DNA from: a bacterium
Lineage (GTDB): Bacteria; Patescibacteriota; Minisyncoccia; Phycocordibacterales; Phycocordibacteraceae
DNA length: 57,890 bases
Reading direction: 5' to 3'
Assembly: GCA_021784815.1 (NCBI GenBank)
Contig: JAJYHK010000001.1
Coordinates: 1 to 57,890, forward strand
Part shown: positions 1 to 8,853 of the stretch, one piece after another
Position numbering within the stretch: position 1 is the first letter of the stretch
Layout: each line of letters begins with the position of its first letter
Translations under genes and position numbers: made by a program
Notes under the pieces: model-generated
Told to the model about the DNA's origin: nothing
What the model saw: the letters and a program-made list of their open reading frames with translations, nothing else
The model's database searches: none

Positions 1-1
1 G

Positions 2-1003
2 CATAAGGTAATCGTGATATTCGAAAAGCACGGCGGCGAACGAGCGGATTACGCGATCCGTACCCTTCAATCGGAAGGAAAGCTGAAAATCCAAGTTACC
101 GTAAAGAACCCCGAGACCGGCGCATTTGAGGCGCAGACGATTGAAAAAGAAGGGCCCGCGGGATTCGTCACTACCACAACCGCCGCGCTGATCCACTCTG
201 AAAATGAGACACGGAATATATCGATGTTCCCCGACCAAAGTTCCGAGCAGACTAGCCGGGTATACGAGTCCGTTGACTCACGCTACCTGGGCGTGCCACG
301 AATCAGCGAGGACGAACTTAAGCCTTGGCATCACGCACAATCCATTCTGGAGGAGATGCAGGTGCACATTCCATTTGTTAGAAGCTTCAGGAAATACTTT
401 CCCAAACACATTATTCGTACGCGACGCGACTACAGCCACTTTCTCGCGATAGTGGAGACGGTGGCTTTTCTCCATCAGAAACAGCGAGAGAAGATTGAGA
501 TTAACGGCCAAATGCAGATCAGAGCTACCTTGGCCGATGCCTATGTGGCGAAGGTAATCGTCGAGGAGTCGCTCTCGAAATCTATCTACGAACTGCCTGA
601 AAAAACGGTCGAAGTTATTGAAGCCGCACGGGCACTCGTTAATGCTTCTAAAGGTGAGTTTGGCGAGAGTGACGGTGATGACGAAGCGACATTCACCATC
701 ACAAAACTAGCAAAATGGCTGAAGTGGGATCGCGACACGGTGGCGAAATGGCTGAAACCAGCCAGCAAGAAAGGATACGTGACAGAGATTATGGAGGGAA
801 AGGGATCAAGAGGAGCCGAATACAAGGTGGAAGAAAAAGATCTTCCGAGCGATTCATTTCTGCCCTCGCTAGAGGAGCTGGCGCAGGACAACCCCGAGGA
901 GAAGACTGGCGGAATATATGATCCGCTCACCGGGGAGGCAAAAATCGTAGAACAGGCAAGCACGATTTGTACCGATGCACCGATGCGTGTAAAGGCGGGG
1001 TAA
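2..1003 (+). CDS. 5'-truncated replication protein (SF3 helicase/primase-like C-terminal part with a winged-helix-like tail)
   Basis: The frame is open from nt 2 to the TAA at 1001-1003, so the track ORF 14..1003 starts at an internal GTG. GFVTTTTAALIHSENETRN resembles the SF3 helicase motif C region. KLAKWLKWDRDTVAKWL looks like a wHTH. The family call is from memory only. Confidence 0.4.
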   Translation, partial: HKVIVIFEKHGGERADYAIRTLQSEGKLKIQVTVKNPETGAFEAQTIEKEGPAGFVTTTTAALIHSENETRNISMFPDQSSEQTSRVYESVDSRYLGVPRISEDELKPWHHAQSILEEMQVHIPFVRSFRKYFPKHIIRTRRDYSHFLAIVETVAFLHQKQREKIEINGQMQIRATLADAYVAKVIVEESLSKSIYELPEKTVEVIEAARALVNASKGEFGESDGDDEATFTITKLAKWLKWDRDTVAKWLKPASKKGYVTEIMEGKGSRGAEYKVEEKDLPSDSFLPSLEELAQDNPEEKTGGIYDPLTGEAKIVEQASTICTDAPMRVKAG

Positions 1004-1091
1004 AAACACATGCCCCAGCATCTAACACGCGCATTTTATGGCCGTTTTAACTCTATCGGTGCATCGGTACAAATTAGCAGAATATAAACCT

Positions 1092-2393
1092 ATGAAGAAA
1101 ACCATGCAAAACGCATCAAAAACCCTCGCCTGGACACCCACCAGACGGAAGGTCGCCGACCTCCTCCCTGCCGGATACAACCCCCGCAAGATGACCGAGA
1201 GCGAGCGTCGCGACCTTGAGAACTCCGTCAAAGAATTCGGCACGGTCGTTCCGATCGTCCTCAATAGAGGCACGCGCGAGAACGTCCTCATCGGCGGCCA
1301 CCAGCGAGCTGCCATATACGCCGACCTCGGCATTGAAGAGATCGACGTAATGGTACCGAGCCGCGAGCTCAGCGAGAAAGAGGAGAAAACGCTGAATCTC
1401 CGCTTGAACAAGAATCTCGGCAGCTGGGACGACGACCTCCTCAAGGCCATGGATATGGATCTCCTGCTTGAAGTCGGCTTCGGGGACGAGGAGCTCCAAG
1501 CGCTCTTCGACGACGTGGACGTACTCGACGACGACTTCGACGTCGAGAAGGCGCTCAAAGAAACGAAGGTCGCCCGGGTGAAGCCGGGCGAGATATGGCA
1601 GATGGGCGAGCATCGCTTGCTCGTCGGCGATTCCACCGATGCCGAACAAGTGAAGAAACTAATGGGTACTGACCTCGCCGACATCGTGTATCAGGACCCT
1701 CCGTACAACATTGGCCTCGACTACTCAAAAGGCATCAGCACCTCCGGCAAGTACGAGGGCTCGTATACCGGCGCGAAGGACTCGAAAAAGGACGCGGCAT
1801 ACGGCGCCTTCCTCGACGCGAGCATCAAGGCAGCCCTTACCGTCTCTCGACCAAACGCCCACCTCTTCTATTGGTGCGATCAATCCTACATCTGGCTCCT
1901 CCAGACGCTGTACCGCGACAACGGCATCGACAACAAGCGCGTCTGCCTCTGGGTCAAGAATAACTTCAACATGACGCCTCAGGTCGCCTTCAACAAGGCA
2001 TACGAGCCCTGCGTGTATGGGACTCGCGGCAAGCCGATCCTCAACAAGGGGCTCACGAACACGAATGAGCTTCTGAACAAGGAGATCGGGAGCGGCAACC
2101 AGGTGCACGACGAGATTCTCGATATGATCGACCTCTGGCTTGAGAAGCGAGACAACGCGCAGTCATACGAGCACCCGACCCAGAAGCCCGTGACGCTGAA
2201 CGAGAAACCCTTGAAGCGGTGTAGCGCACCAGGGCATGTTGTCTTCAGTGGCTTCGCGGGGAGCGGGAGCGACCTCATCGCGTGCGAACAGCTCAAACGC
2301 ACATGGCGCGGCGTCGAACTTGATCCCATCTTCGCCACCGTGTGCCTCGACCGTTGGGAAGCCTATACCAACCAGAAAGCCACCCTGCTATGA
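1092..2393 (+). CDS. ParB-like nuclease domain fused to a beta-class DNA methyltransferase (DPPY; N6-adenine or N4-cytosine)
   Basis: The N-terminus has the ParB/Srx-type LIGGHQR motif. GEIWQMGEHRLLVGDS and QDPPYNIG form motif IV, followed by HPTQKP and FSGFAGSGS (motif I). The start could be 1038, 1092 or 1104. Confidence 0.8.
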   Translation: MKKTMQNASKTLAWTPTRRKVADLLPAGYNPRKMTESERRDLENSVKEFGTVVPIVLNRGTRENVLIGGHQRAAIYADLGIEEIDVMVPSRELSEKEEKTLNLRLNKNLGSWDDDLLKAMDMDLLLEVGFGDEELQALFDDVDVLDDDFDVEKALKETKVARVKPGEIWQMGEHRLLVGDSTDAEQVKKLMGTDLADIVYQDPPYNIGLDYSKGISTSGKYEGSYTGAKDSKKDAAYGAFLDASIKAALTVSRPNAHLFYWCDQSYIWLLQTLYRDNGIDNKRVCLWVKNNFNMTPQVAFNKAYEPCVYGTRGKPILNKGLTNTNELLNKEIGSGNQVHDEILDMIDLWLEKRDNAQSYEHPTQKPVTLNEKPLKRCSAPGHVVFSGFAGSGSDLIACEQLKRTWRGVELDPIFATVCLDRWEAYTNQKATLL

Positions 2394-3142
2394 ACCGCAC
2401 CATCCAACCGGGCGATATCTGGCAGATCGGCGAGCACACCATCGCGTGCGGCGACTCGCTCGACACTGCCTTCGTTGCGAGGGTCGTGGGCGGGAAGAAG
2501 GTACGTGCCATCCTCTCTGATCCTCCGTACGCCGTCGCGTACGTCGAAGGCAAGAAGTTCAACAAGCTCGGCGTGGGCACCGGGAAGGTCATCCTCGGCG
2601 ACCAGCTTCAATCGGACGAACAGTACGCCCGCTTCACGAAGACCTGGCTCGAGGCCGTCGTGCCGCACCTTGAGCCGTATAACGCCGCATACATCTTCAA
2701 CAGCGACCTCATGTATCCGGCCCTTCGGGATGGCATGAAGGAGGCCGATTTCTTCTATAGCCAGGGCCTCGTCTGGATCAAGAACACCTCGGTGCTCGGC
2801 CGCAAGGACTACCTCCTCCAGCATGAACTCATCGCGTACGGCTGGTATGGCCGCCACAAGATGGAACGGTCAAAGGCCAAGAGCGTAGTCTTCCACCCCA
2901 AGCCTGCCGCCTCGAAGCTCCACCCGACCCAGAAGCCCGTCGGCCTGCTGAGGAAGCTCATCCCGAACTCGACGAAGATACGCGAGCACGTATACGACCC
3001 CTTCCTCGGGAGCGGGAGTACCGCCATTGCGTGCGAGCATCTCGGTCGAAGGTGCATCGGGATAGAGCTTGATCCGGCGTACGTCGATACCGTACTCGCC
3101 CGCCTCGAGAAGCTAACGGGCGCACAAGCCAAAAAACTATGA
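2390..3142 (+). CDS. DNA methyltransferase (beta-class, DPPY)
   Basis: GDIWQIGEHTIACGDS, LSDPPYAV, HPTQKP and DPFLGSGST motifs. The ATG at 2390 overlaps the upstream TGA (ATGA). Confidence 0.85.
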   Translation: MNRTIQPGDIWQIGEHTIACGDSLDTAFVARVVGGKKVRAILSDPPYAVAYVEGKKFNKLGVGTGKVILGDQLQSDEQYARFTKTWLEAVVPHLEPYNAAYIFNSDLMYPALRDGMKEADFFYSQGLVWIKNTSVLGRKDYLLQHELIAYGWYGRHKMERSKAKSVVFHPKPAASKLHPTQKPVGLLRKLIPNSTKIREHVYDPFLGSGSTAIACEHLGRRCIGIELDPAYVDTVLARLEKLTGAQAKKL

Positions 3143-3528
3143 GCGAACGAATGCCAATTTATGCCAACACCCAGGGCGTGCGGAAAACGCAGGATTTCGA
3201 GACGTACGCCATGTGGAAGGCACTCCCATCCTTCCTCCGGGGCCAGCCACGCCAGGCGCTTGAGAAGCTCGGTCTCGACGAAGATATCACCCTTAGCCTG
3301 CTCGAGATACGGTCGCAGGCCGAGTTCGCCAAGCGATTCGACATTAAAGACCCTGCCACCCTCACGGACTGGAATAAGCGGCTCATGCAAGAAGGGCTTA
3401 TACCGAGGATGCATGAGTGGGCGCGCAAGCTCACGCCGAATGTCATATGGGCGCTATACCGCACCGCTACGAAGCAGGGGCGGGCGGCCGAGGTGAAAGC
3501 ATGGCTCGAGGTCGTGGAGGGGATGTAA
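3139..3528 (+). CDS. Hypothetical small protein, putative HTH DNA-binding (possibly terminase-small-subunit-like)
   Basis: ATGA overlap with the upstream gene. The RSQAEFAKRFDIKDPATLTDW segment looks like an HTH. No firm family assignment. Confidence 0.45.
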   Translation: MSERMPIYANTQGVRKTQDFETYAMWKALPSFLRGQPRQALEKLGLDEDITLSLLEIRSQAEFAKRFDIKDPATLTDWNKRLMQEGLIPRMHEWARKLTPNVIWALYRTATKQGRAAEVKAWLEVVEGM

Positions 3529-3537
3529 CGGAAGACT

Positions 3538-3756
3538 ATGGAACGCAATAACGAGACAGAAAAAACCATGAGCGCGGCGGAGGTGGCAGCACTGCTCTCG
3601 CAAACCATGCGCGACCTCACCGACCGAAAGATTACGCTCCGGCAGGCCGTGGCCGCATCAAGGATTGCGCTTGCGCTCGCGAAGGTCATCGAGGTTGCCG
3701 ACCTGAACGCTCGCGTCGAACTTCTTGAACACATATTTAAAAAGAAACCAAAATGA
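3538..3756 (+). CDS. Hypothetical protein (72 aa)
   Basis: ORF in the operon context. Its stop overlaps the next start (ATGA at 3753). Confidence 0.45.
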   Translation: MERNNETEKTMSAAEVAALLSQTMRDLTDRKITLRQAVAASRIALALAKVIEVADLNARVELLEHIFKKKPK

Positions 3757-5381
3757 GAAATCTCACCAATGTTTTCAGGACCGGGCTCCTGCGTCCCAAG
3801 GAGCGCGTCCTGATCCAAGTCCACAACATGGTCGCCAAAGACCGGACGGGCAAGGAGATGCTAAGCGAGGCCGACATACACGCGCTCGGCGAGGGCTGGC
3901 ACCCCTTATCAAGCGATGATGCGCGAGAATACAACCGATACATCGGGGGCTGGCGGCTCATCGACTCCGCAGCGCTTGATGCGCAGACAACCTATCTCGT
4001 GGCTACAGCCGCTCTCCTGCGGGCAAGCAGGCCTATCGACATGACCGTACTACGAGATGGAGAAAAGGCACTTACATACTGTAAAACGTTCAGCAAGGAA
4101 CATCTGGCGAGCGGAGAAAATGCGTTGGGGCTCATTCTGAAAAACAGTGGACTGGAACTCGACCAAGTCGTGCACCGATACGCCTTCGAGAGCTTGAGCG
4201 AGGACATGAAACAAGACGTTCTGGCGCTAGACCCCGACGCGGGAACCGAGAGCCAGTATCTCAATCAAGAGGAGGCGCTCGCCGACCTGTTCAATGGCAA
4301 GCGCGAGCTATCGAAAGAGGCGAAAGAAAAGCTCGCCGACTTGATCGTCACGAGCCTGCACAACAAATATGCCGATCTCTTTCGAAAACTGGATGCCGAC
4401 AGCGAGTTCGGTGAGGAGTACGTCTTCAGCAGCTACTACAGCGAACTACCCGCCCTCGAGATATTGATCAAGTGGGCCTTCTACAACGGCCAGATGCCAA
4501 AAGAAGCGGAGGACAAGGAGTACGCAAACGAAGGCGAGGAGGTGGCCGACCTGTTTAGCTCGATACGAAAAGAATTGACCCCGAGGCTCTCTGCGTACGC
4601 CGAGAAGTATCAAACGAGCACGGGCGAGCTCTTGCGAGAGACGCTTCTCCGGTGGCTCGACGACGGACTGTTCATCAAAGACTTTGCGCCGCTCTGCAAC
4701 AGCAAGAGCAAGGACACCTGTAACGGCGTCGCCACAAAGCGGCCGCACAAGGAAGTTCTGGAAGAGTGGCTCAAGGCGAAAAGAAGCGCCCGAGAGGCGA
4801 TACATGGACTCATAGACTCGGGCGAGCTGATGGTGGAGAACCGCGTGGAGACCATCAATCGATTCGTAAAAGCCAGAAAGGCCGGATTTGAGGGAGCCGA
4901 AGCAGAGGCCTACAGGAGAGACGTAAAGCTCATCACGGGCGAGAGCTTATATGCCCTCGAGGGCGATTACGCTTTCGCAAACGACTATAGAAAACAAGCA
5001 GACGATTTAGAGGGACTGGGCGGCATGATCCTGTTCCTTCGGGGACGAAGTTTTCTAAACGACTACGGCGTCCTGCTTGAGTTCATTGAGCTATTCAAGC
5101 GACTGTCAGAAATCTACGAAGTCGACCTGACATACCGGCTGACGAGTTGGCTCCCCATCTTCAAAGACGATGTAGAAATGCTGAATAGCGAGCTTATGAT
5201 GATCGCAGAAACGATACGTCAGGCGAGCCATGAGAAGCACGGTATCGCATACCCCATCGAGGTGTTCGTGGATGACATGCTGATCGAACTCGACCAAGTG
5301 GAACGGAGTCGAGGCCCCACGGAGCACTACTACAACGAGCTTGAACAGCAGTTTGGCGGCAGGTTTCAACTGTATGAATAA
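3753..5381 (+). CDS. Hypothetical protein (542 aa, acidic, predicted mostly helical), no recognisable motif
   Basis: Long ORF coupled to the upstream gene. Codon third-position GC is consistent with coding. I recognise no Walker or catalytic motifs. Confidence 0.6.
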   Translation: MRNLTNVFRTGLLRPKERVLIQVHNMVAKDRTGKEMLSEADIHALGEGWHPLSSDDAREYNRYIGGWRLIDSAALDAQTTYLVATAALLRASRPIDMTVLRDGEKALTYCKTFSKEHLASGENALGLILKNSGLELDQVVHRYAFESLSEDMKQDVLALDPDAGTESQYLNQEEALADLFNGKRELSKEAKEKLADLIVTSLHNKYADLFRKLDADSEFGEEYVFSSYYSELPALEILIKWAFYNGQMPKEAEDKEYANEGEEVADLFSSIRKELTPRLSAYAEKYQTSTGELLRETLLRWLDDGLFIKDFAPLCNSKSKDTCNGVATKRPHKEVLEEWLKAKRSAREAIHGLIDSGELMVENRVETINRFVKARKAGFEGAEAEAYRRDVKLITGESLYALEGDYAFANDYRKQADDLEGLGGMILFLRGRSFLNDYGVLLEFIELFKRLSEIYEVDLTYRLTSWLPIFKDDVEMLNSELMMIAETIRQASHEKHGIAYPIEVFVDDMLIELDQVERSRGPTEHYYNELEQQFGGRFQLYE

Positions 5382-5466
5382 CGAAGTAAATGCAAGGTTT
5401 TGTGGCGGCTGGGGACATCGCCCCACCAGCGCTGGACTTGTTAGAACCTGGCGATACCTTGTGGCC

Positions 5467-5479
5467 GTTATCCGATAAC
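5467..5479. promoter_or_regulatory. Palindrome GTTATC-C-GATAAC just upstream of the recombinase start (possible operator)
   Basis: 6+1+6 inverted repeat located 9 nt before the ATG at 5488. Confidence 0.25.
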
Positions 5480-5487
5480 CGACCGCT

Positions 5488-7185
5488 ATGAATCAACCCA
5501 TCGAAGTGCGATACGACATATACTTGCGCAAATCGAGCGAGGCCGAGGACAAGCAAGTCCAGTCCATCGACGATCAGCGACGCGAGATGCGCGAGTTTGC
5601 AACGCGCAACAACCTGACCGTTGTTGGAGAATTCGAAGAGTCGCAGAGCGCTCATCATCCGGGCAGGCCGGTTTTCGCCGAGGTGACGACGAGGATAGAA
5701 AAAGGCGAATCGAACGGTCTCCTCGTCTGGCACGCGAACCGCGTATCAAGAAACCCGATCGACAGCGGAGCCGTCGTCCACTTGATCGACGAAGGCAAGC
5801 TTATACACGTGAGAACACCCTCGCACATATACGGCAACACCTCGACGGAGAAAATGATGCTCGCACTTGAGTGCATGATCGCCAAAAAGGACTCGGACGA
5901 TAAGAGCGATGCGGTGAAGCGCGGTCTGCGCGGCCGATACAAGAAGGGGCTCCCCAACGGAGTCGCTCCCATCGGGTTCATCAACGATATGTCCGTCGAG
6001 AAGGGCAATCGCGGCTGGCTCCCGGATCCCGAGAAGCTCGCGCTCGTCGGCCAGCTTCTCGAGCTCTTCCACTCGGGCCGGTACTCGAGCCGGGCGCTTC
6101 TTAATATCGCCAACGATGACATGGGGCTCCTGACGCCCCAGCACAAGAAGCAGGGCGGCAAGAGGCTCGTGATGTCGCACCTCGCCGAGACGGTGCTGAA
6201 GAACCCGATATACGCTGGCTTCTTCTTCACCAAGGATGGCGAGCGGCATGAGTTGAACGAAAGCGTGCCGCGAGTCATCAGCGAGGAGACATACTGGGAG
6301 AATCAAAAAATACTCGGGAACAAGGGCCGACCGCGACCCTCGAAGAATAAGAAACTCTTCGCCTACACCGGGCCGACCACTTGCGGCGGATGCGGCGGGG
6401 CGGTGACGGCCGAGCACAAGCACCAGATTATCTGCGACTGCAGGCACAAATTCCCCCGTGCCCAGCGGACGCACTGCCCGAGCTGCAACCTAGCCATCAA
6501 CCGCATGAAAAATCCGACGCTCCTCCACTACATCTACTACCACTGCACGAGAACGAAGGACCCGAGCTGCCGGGAGGGCAGCGTGCAGGAGCTCCACATC
6601 GATGACACCCTCGCCACCTACTTCAAGGAGAACTTCAAGATATCGAAGTCGCTTCACGACTGGTGCATCGCGAACCTCGATACCTTAGATACTAAGGATG
6701 CTCGGGACGATTCCGAGAAGAAGGCCTCTCTCGAGGCCACTCTCGCCAAGAAGCGTGGCGAGTACAAAGAGCTGGTGCTCATGAAGACCAGAGGACTCAT
6801 CGGCGACGAGGAATTCCTCGAGCTGAAGGGCATCCAGAAGGCCGAAATCGAAGCCCTTGAGGGGACTTTGGGCAAGAAAGGGATCGTTGATCAGGTAAAG
6901 GTCGCGAAGGCAAAGAGAGCGTTCGAACTCTCGCTCGGAATTGAGGAAATATTCAAAAATGGGCAGCCAGAGGAGAAACGGGAGCTAATATCAGAGTTGC
7001 AATCGAACCTAGCGATTAAAGACAAAAAACTCAGTGTTTACAACACCGGAGTGTACAAGAAAATCATCGATGGGCTACTTCTGGCCAAGGAAGAAAATCC
7101 TGCGTTCGAACCTGAATTATGTGAGGCAGATACAAGACGGAATCCTGATTTTGCCTCGGTGTGTCCTACTCTGCTCCGCGGGTAG
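5488..7185 (+). CDS. Large serine recombinase (integrase)
   Basis: N-terminal resolvase domain with catalytic Ser context YLRKSSEAEDKQVQSIDDQ. Recombinase domain (PIGF). Cys-rich zinc ribbon (CGGCGG...CPSC...HC). C-terminal coiled coil. Confidence 0.9.
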   Translation: MNQPIEVRYDIYLRKSSEAEDKQVQSIDDQRREMREFATRNNLTVVGEFEESQSAHHPGRPVFAEVTTRIEKGESNGLLVWHANRVSRNPIDSGAVVHLIDEGKLIHVRTPSHIYGNTSTEKMMLALECMIAKKDSDDKSDAVKRGLRGRYKKGLPNGVAPIGFINDMSVEKGNRGWLPDPEKLALVGQLLELFHSGRYSSRALLNIANDDMGLLTPQHKKQGGKRLVMSHLAETVLKNPIYAGFFFTKDGERHELNESVPRVISEETYWENQKILGNKGRPRPSKNKKLFAYTGPTTCGGCGGAVTAEHKHQIICDCRHKFPRAQRTHCPSCNLAINRMKNPTLLHYIYYHCTRTKDPSCREGSVQELHIDDTLATYFKENFKISKSLHDWCIANLDTLDTKDARDDSEKKASLEATLAKKRGEYKELVLMKTRGLIGDEEFLELKGIQKAEIEALEGTLGKKGIVDQVKVAKAKRAFELSLGIEEIFKNGQPEEKRELISELQSNLAIKDKKLSVYNTGVYKKIIDGLLLAKEENPAFEPELCEADTRRNPDFASVCPTLLRG

Positions 7186-7245
7186 GATTCGAACCTACGA
7201 CCAATCGGTTAACAGCCGACCGCTCTACCACTGAGCTACCGCGGA
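7174..7245 (-). tRNA. tRNA-Asn (anticodon GTT)
   Basis: The reverse complement folds as a cloverleaf: acceptor TCCGCGG/CCGCGGA, D arm GCTC-AGTGGTA-GAGC, anticodon loop CTGTTAA, T arm GTAGG-TTCGAAT-CCTAC. CCA is not encoded. Confidence 0.9.
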
Positions 7246-7345
7246 ATATTTTTTGTGCGCCCGTGCTCGTCTTTCGCCGAGCACGGGCATTGTAGCGGAA
7301 AAAAGCAGTAACGCAAAGGGTGGGATGGTCTGTTATAATGCACAC

Positions 7346-7588
7346 ATGTATACGCTTTTTTATCGTCCAACCTGTCCGTATTGCCGGAAAGTGCTCGCCG
7401 CAGCGCAGGAACTTGGCATCGTGTTCGATTTGCGCGACATAGGTGAGGAAGTGTACCGGGCGGAGCTCGTCGAACGCGGCGGGAAGCAGCAGGTGCCGTA
7501 CTTGGTTGACAGGGAGAAGGGGGTCGAGATGTATGAATCCGACGACATCGTCGAGCATCTGAAAAACGCGAAAGCGGCCTTAAGGTAA
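7346..7588 (+). CDS. Glutaredoxin-like protein (CPYC)
   Basis: YRPTCPYCRKV active site and a thioredoxin-fold-like length. TATAAT at 7334-7339 lies 6 nt before the ATG. Confidence 0.8.
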   Translation: MYTLFYRPTCPYCRKVLAAAQELGIVFDLRDIGEEVYRAELVERGGKQQVPYLVDREKGVEMYESDDIVEHLKNAKAALR

Positions 7589-7591
7589 GCA

Positions 7592-7822
7592 ATGTATCTG
7601 AAAGTGTTTGTGGTGCCGGATGCGAAGCGCGAATCGGTTGCCGAGCGCAGCGGCGCGCTCGAGGTAACGGTGCGCGAGCCCGCACGGCAAAACAGGGCGA
7701 ATACCAGAGTCCGGGAGATCGTCGCGGAGCGGCACGGAGTGCCTCTTTCTCAAGTACGCATCATAAGCGGGCATCATTCGGGAGCGAAAATGCTCGCGCT
7801 TCCCGACAGAGCGCAAAAATGA
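7592..7822 (+). CDS. DUF167 (YggU-like) family protein
   Basis: Size and sequence pattern (LKVFVVPDAKRESV...VTVREPARQNRAN...VRIISGHHSGAK) are typical of UPF0235/DUF167. Confidence 0.6.
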   Translation: MYLKVFVVPDAKRESVAERSGALEVTVREPARQNRANTRVREIVAERHGVPLSQVRIISGHHSGAKMLALPDRAQK

Positions 7823-7853
7823 AATGCGCCGCGGCTTTGCCGCGGCGCATTTC
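7821..7853. terminator. Bidirectional stem-loop terminator between convergent genes
   Basis: GAAATGCGCCGCGGC-TTT-GCCGCGGCGCATTTC, a 15-bp perfect stem. Confidence 0.6.
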
Positions 7854-7866
7854 CGTCATCGCGATG

Positions 7867-8418
7867 TTATGCTCCAAGGCCTTTAAGGTACGCAAGCATG
7901 GTCTCCGCATCCGAAACTTCGAACGGATCATCCGGACAGTTGTCACTGAGGCCGGGCTCAATGAATAGCTTCTTAACCTCGCCGTCCTCAACATACATCG
8001 AGTACCGCCAAGACCGTTCGCCGAAGCCGAGATTCTCCTTTTTGACCAGCATGCCCATGCCTTTGGTAAACGCGGCATTGCCGTCCGGGAGCATTTTGAC
8101 CTTTGTGACGCCGAGCTTGTCGGCCCACTGCTTCATCACAAAAGCATCATTGACCGACACGCAATATAGTTCATCGATGCCGAGAGTCCTAAAATCGTCG
8201 TAGTGCTTTTCAAAACCCGGAAGGTGGGTCGACGAGCATGTCGGCGTGAATGCTCCAGGTAGACCGAACATGACGATTCGTTTGCCGTCGAACAATTCGC
8301 TTGAGGAGACGTCTTGCCAGCGATACGGATTTTCGCCGCCGACGGATTCATCTCGCACGCGCGTCTTGAAGACCACAGACGGTACTCGTGTTCCTTCGGG
8401 TTGCGGTTGTTGTGCCAT
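7867..8418 (-). CDS. Peroxiredoxin (Prx5-like, AhpC/TSA family)
   Basis: FGLPGAFTPTCSSTHLPGF peroxidatic Cys motif. Confidence 0.85.
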   Translation of the reverse strand: MAQQPQPEGTRVPSVVFKTRVRDESVGGENPYRWQDVSSSELFDGKRIVMFGLPGAFTPTCSSTHLPGFEKHYDDFRTLGIDELYCVSVNDAFVMKQWADKLGVTKVKMLPDGNAAFTKGMGMLVKKENLGFGERSWRYSMYVEDGEVKKLFIEPGLSDNCPDDPFEVSDAETMLAYLKGLGA

Positions 8419-8487
8419 ATATACTACGTGAGTGGTTACTTAAAGTAGGGAGCAGTATACACTACTGGCCTAATCGTTAGGTTTTCT

Positions 8488-8853
8488 ATGAACATCTCCT
8501 TCAATGTGAACCAGTTTGCCGATATCTCGGATGCGTCACGCGAATCGGTCGAAGAGAAGCTTCGGCCGATCGAGCGGCTCTTGGCGGATGATAAGGAGGT
8601 AGCGCTACTCGACATCGAGCTCGCGCATGCACCGGCGGAGGGCCGGTCCGCGACGCCGGCCCGGCTGACTGCGACGCTGCGCTTCAGAAACCATGTCCTC
8701 CATGCGGAAGCGGTGAAGCCAACGCCTGAGAGTGCGGCAGATCGGGTGCGCGCGACGCTCGAACACGAGATTCGCAATGTTCGCGGAAAGAGATATGGCT
8801 TGCTCAAGCGTGGCGCTTTGCGGCTCAAGCAGATGATTAGGTTTGAGGAGTAA
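8488..8853 (+). CDS. hpf: Ribosome hibernation factor (HPF/RaiA family)
   Basis: N-terminal pattern MNISFNVNQFADISDASRESVEEKL and the size match S30AE/RaiA-type proteins. Confidence 0.65.
   Translation: MNISFNVNQFADISDASRESVEEKLRPIERLLADDKEVALLDIELAHAPAEGRSATPARLTATLRFRNHVLHAEAVKPTPESAADRVRATLEHEIRNVRGKRYGLLKRGALRLKQMIRFEE

Larger units (their letters stand above)
1..7185 (+). mobile_element. Integrated mobile element (left end outside the window) ending at tRNA-Asn
   Basis: Co-directional, translationally coupled block of replication, methyltransferase, ORFan and serine recombinase genes. The recombinase 3' end overlaps the 3' end of tRNA-Asn. No housekeeping genes are present. Confidence 0.6.
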
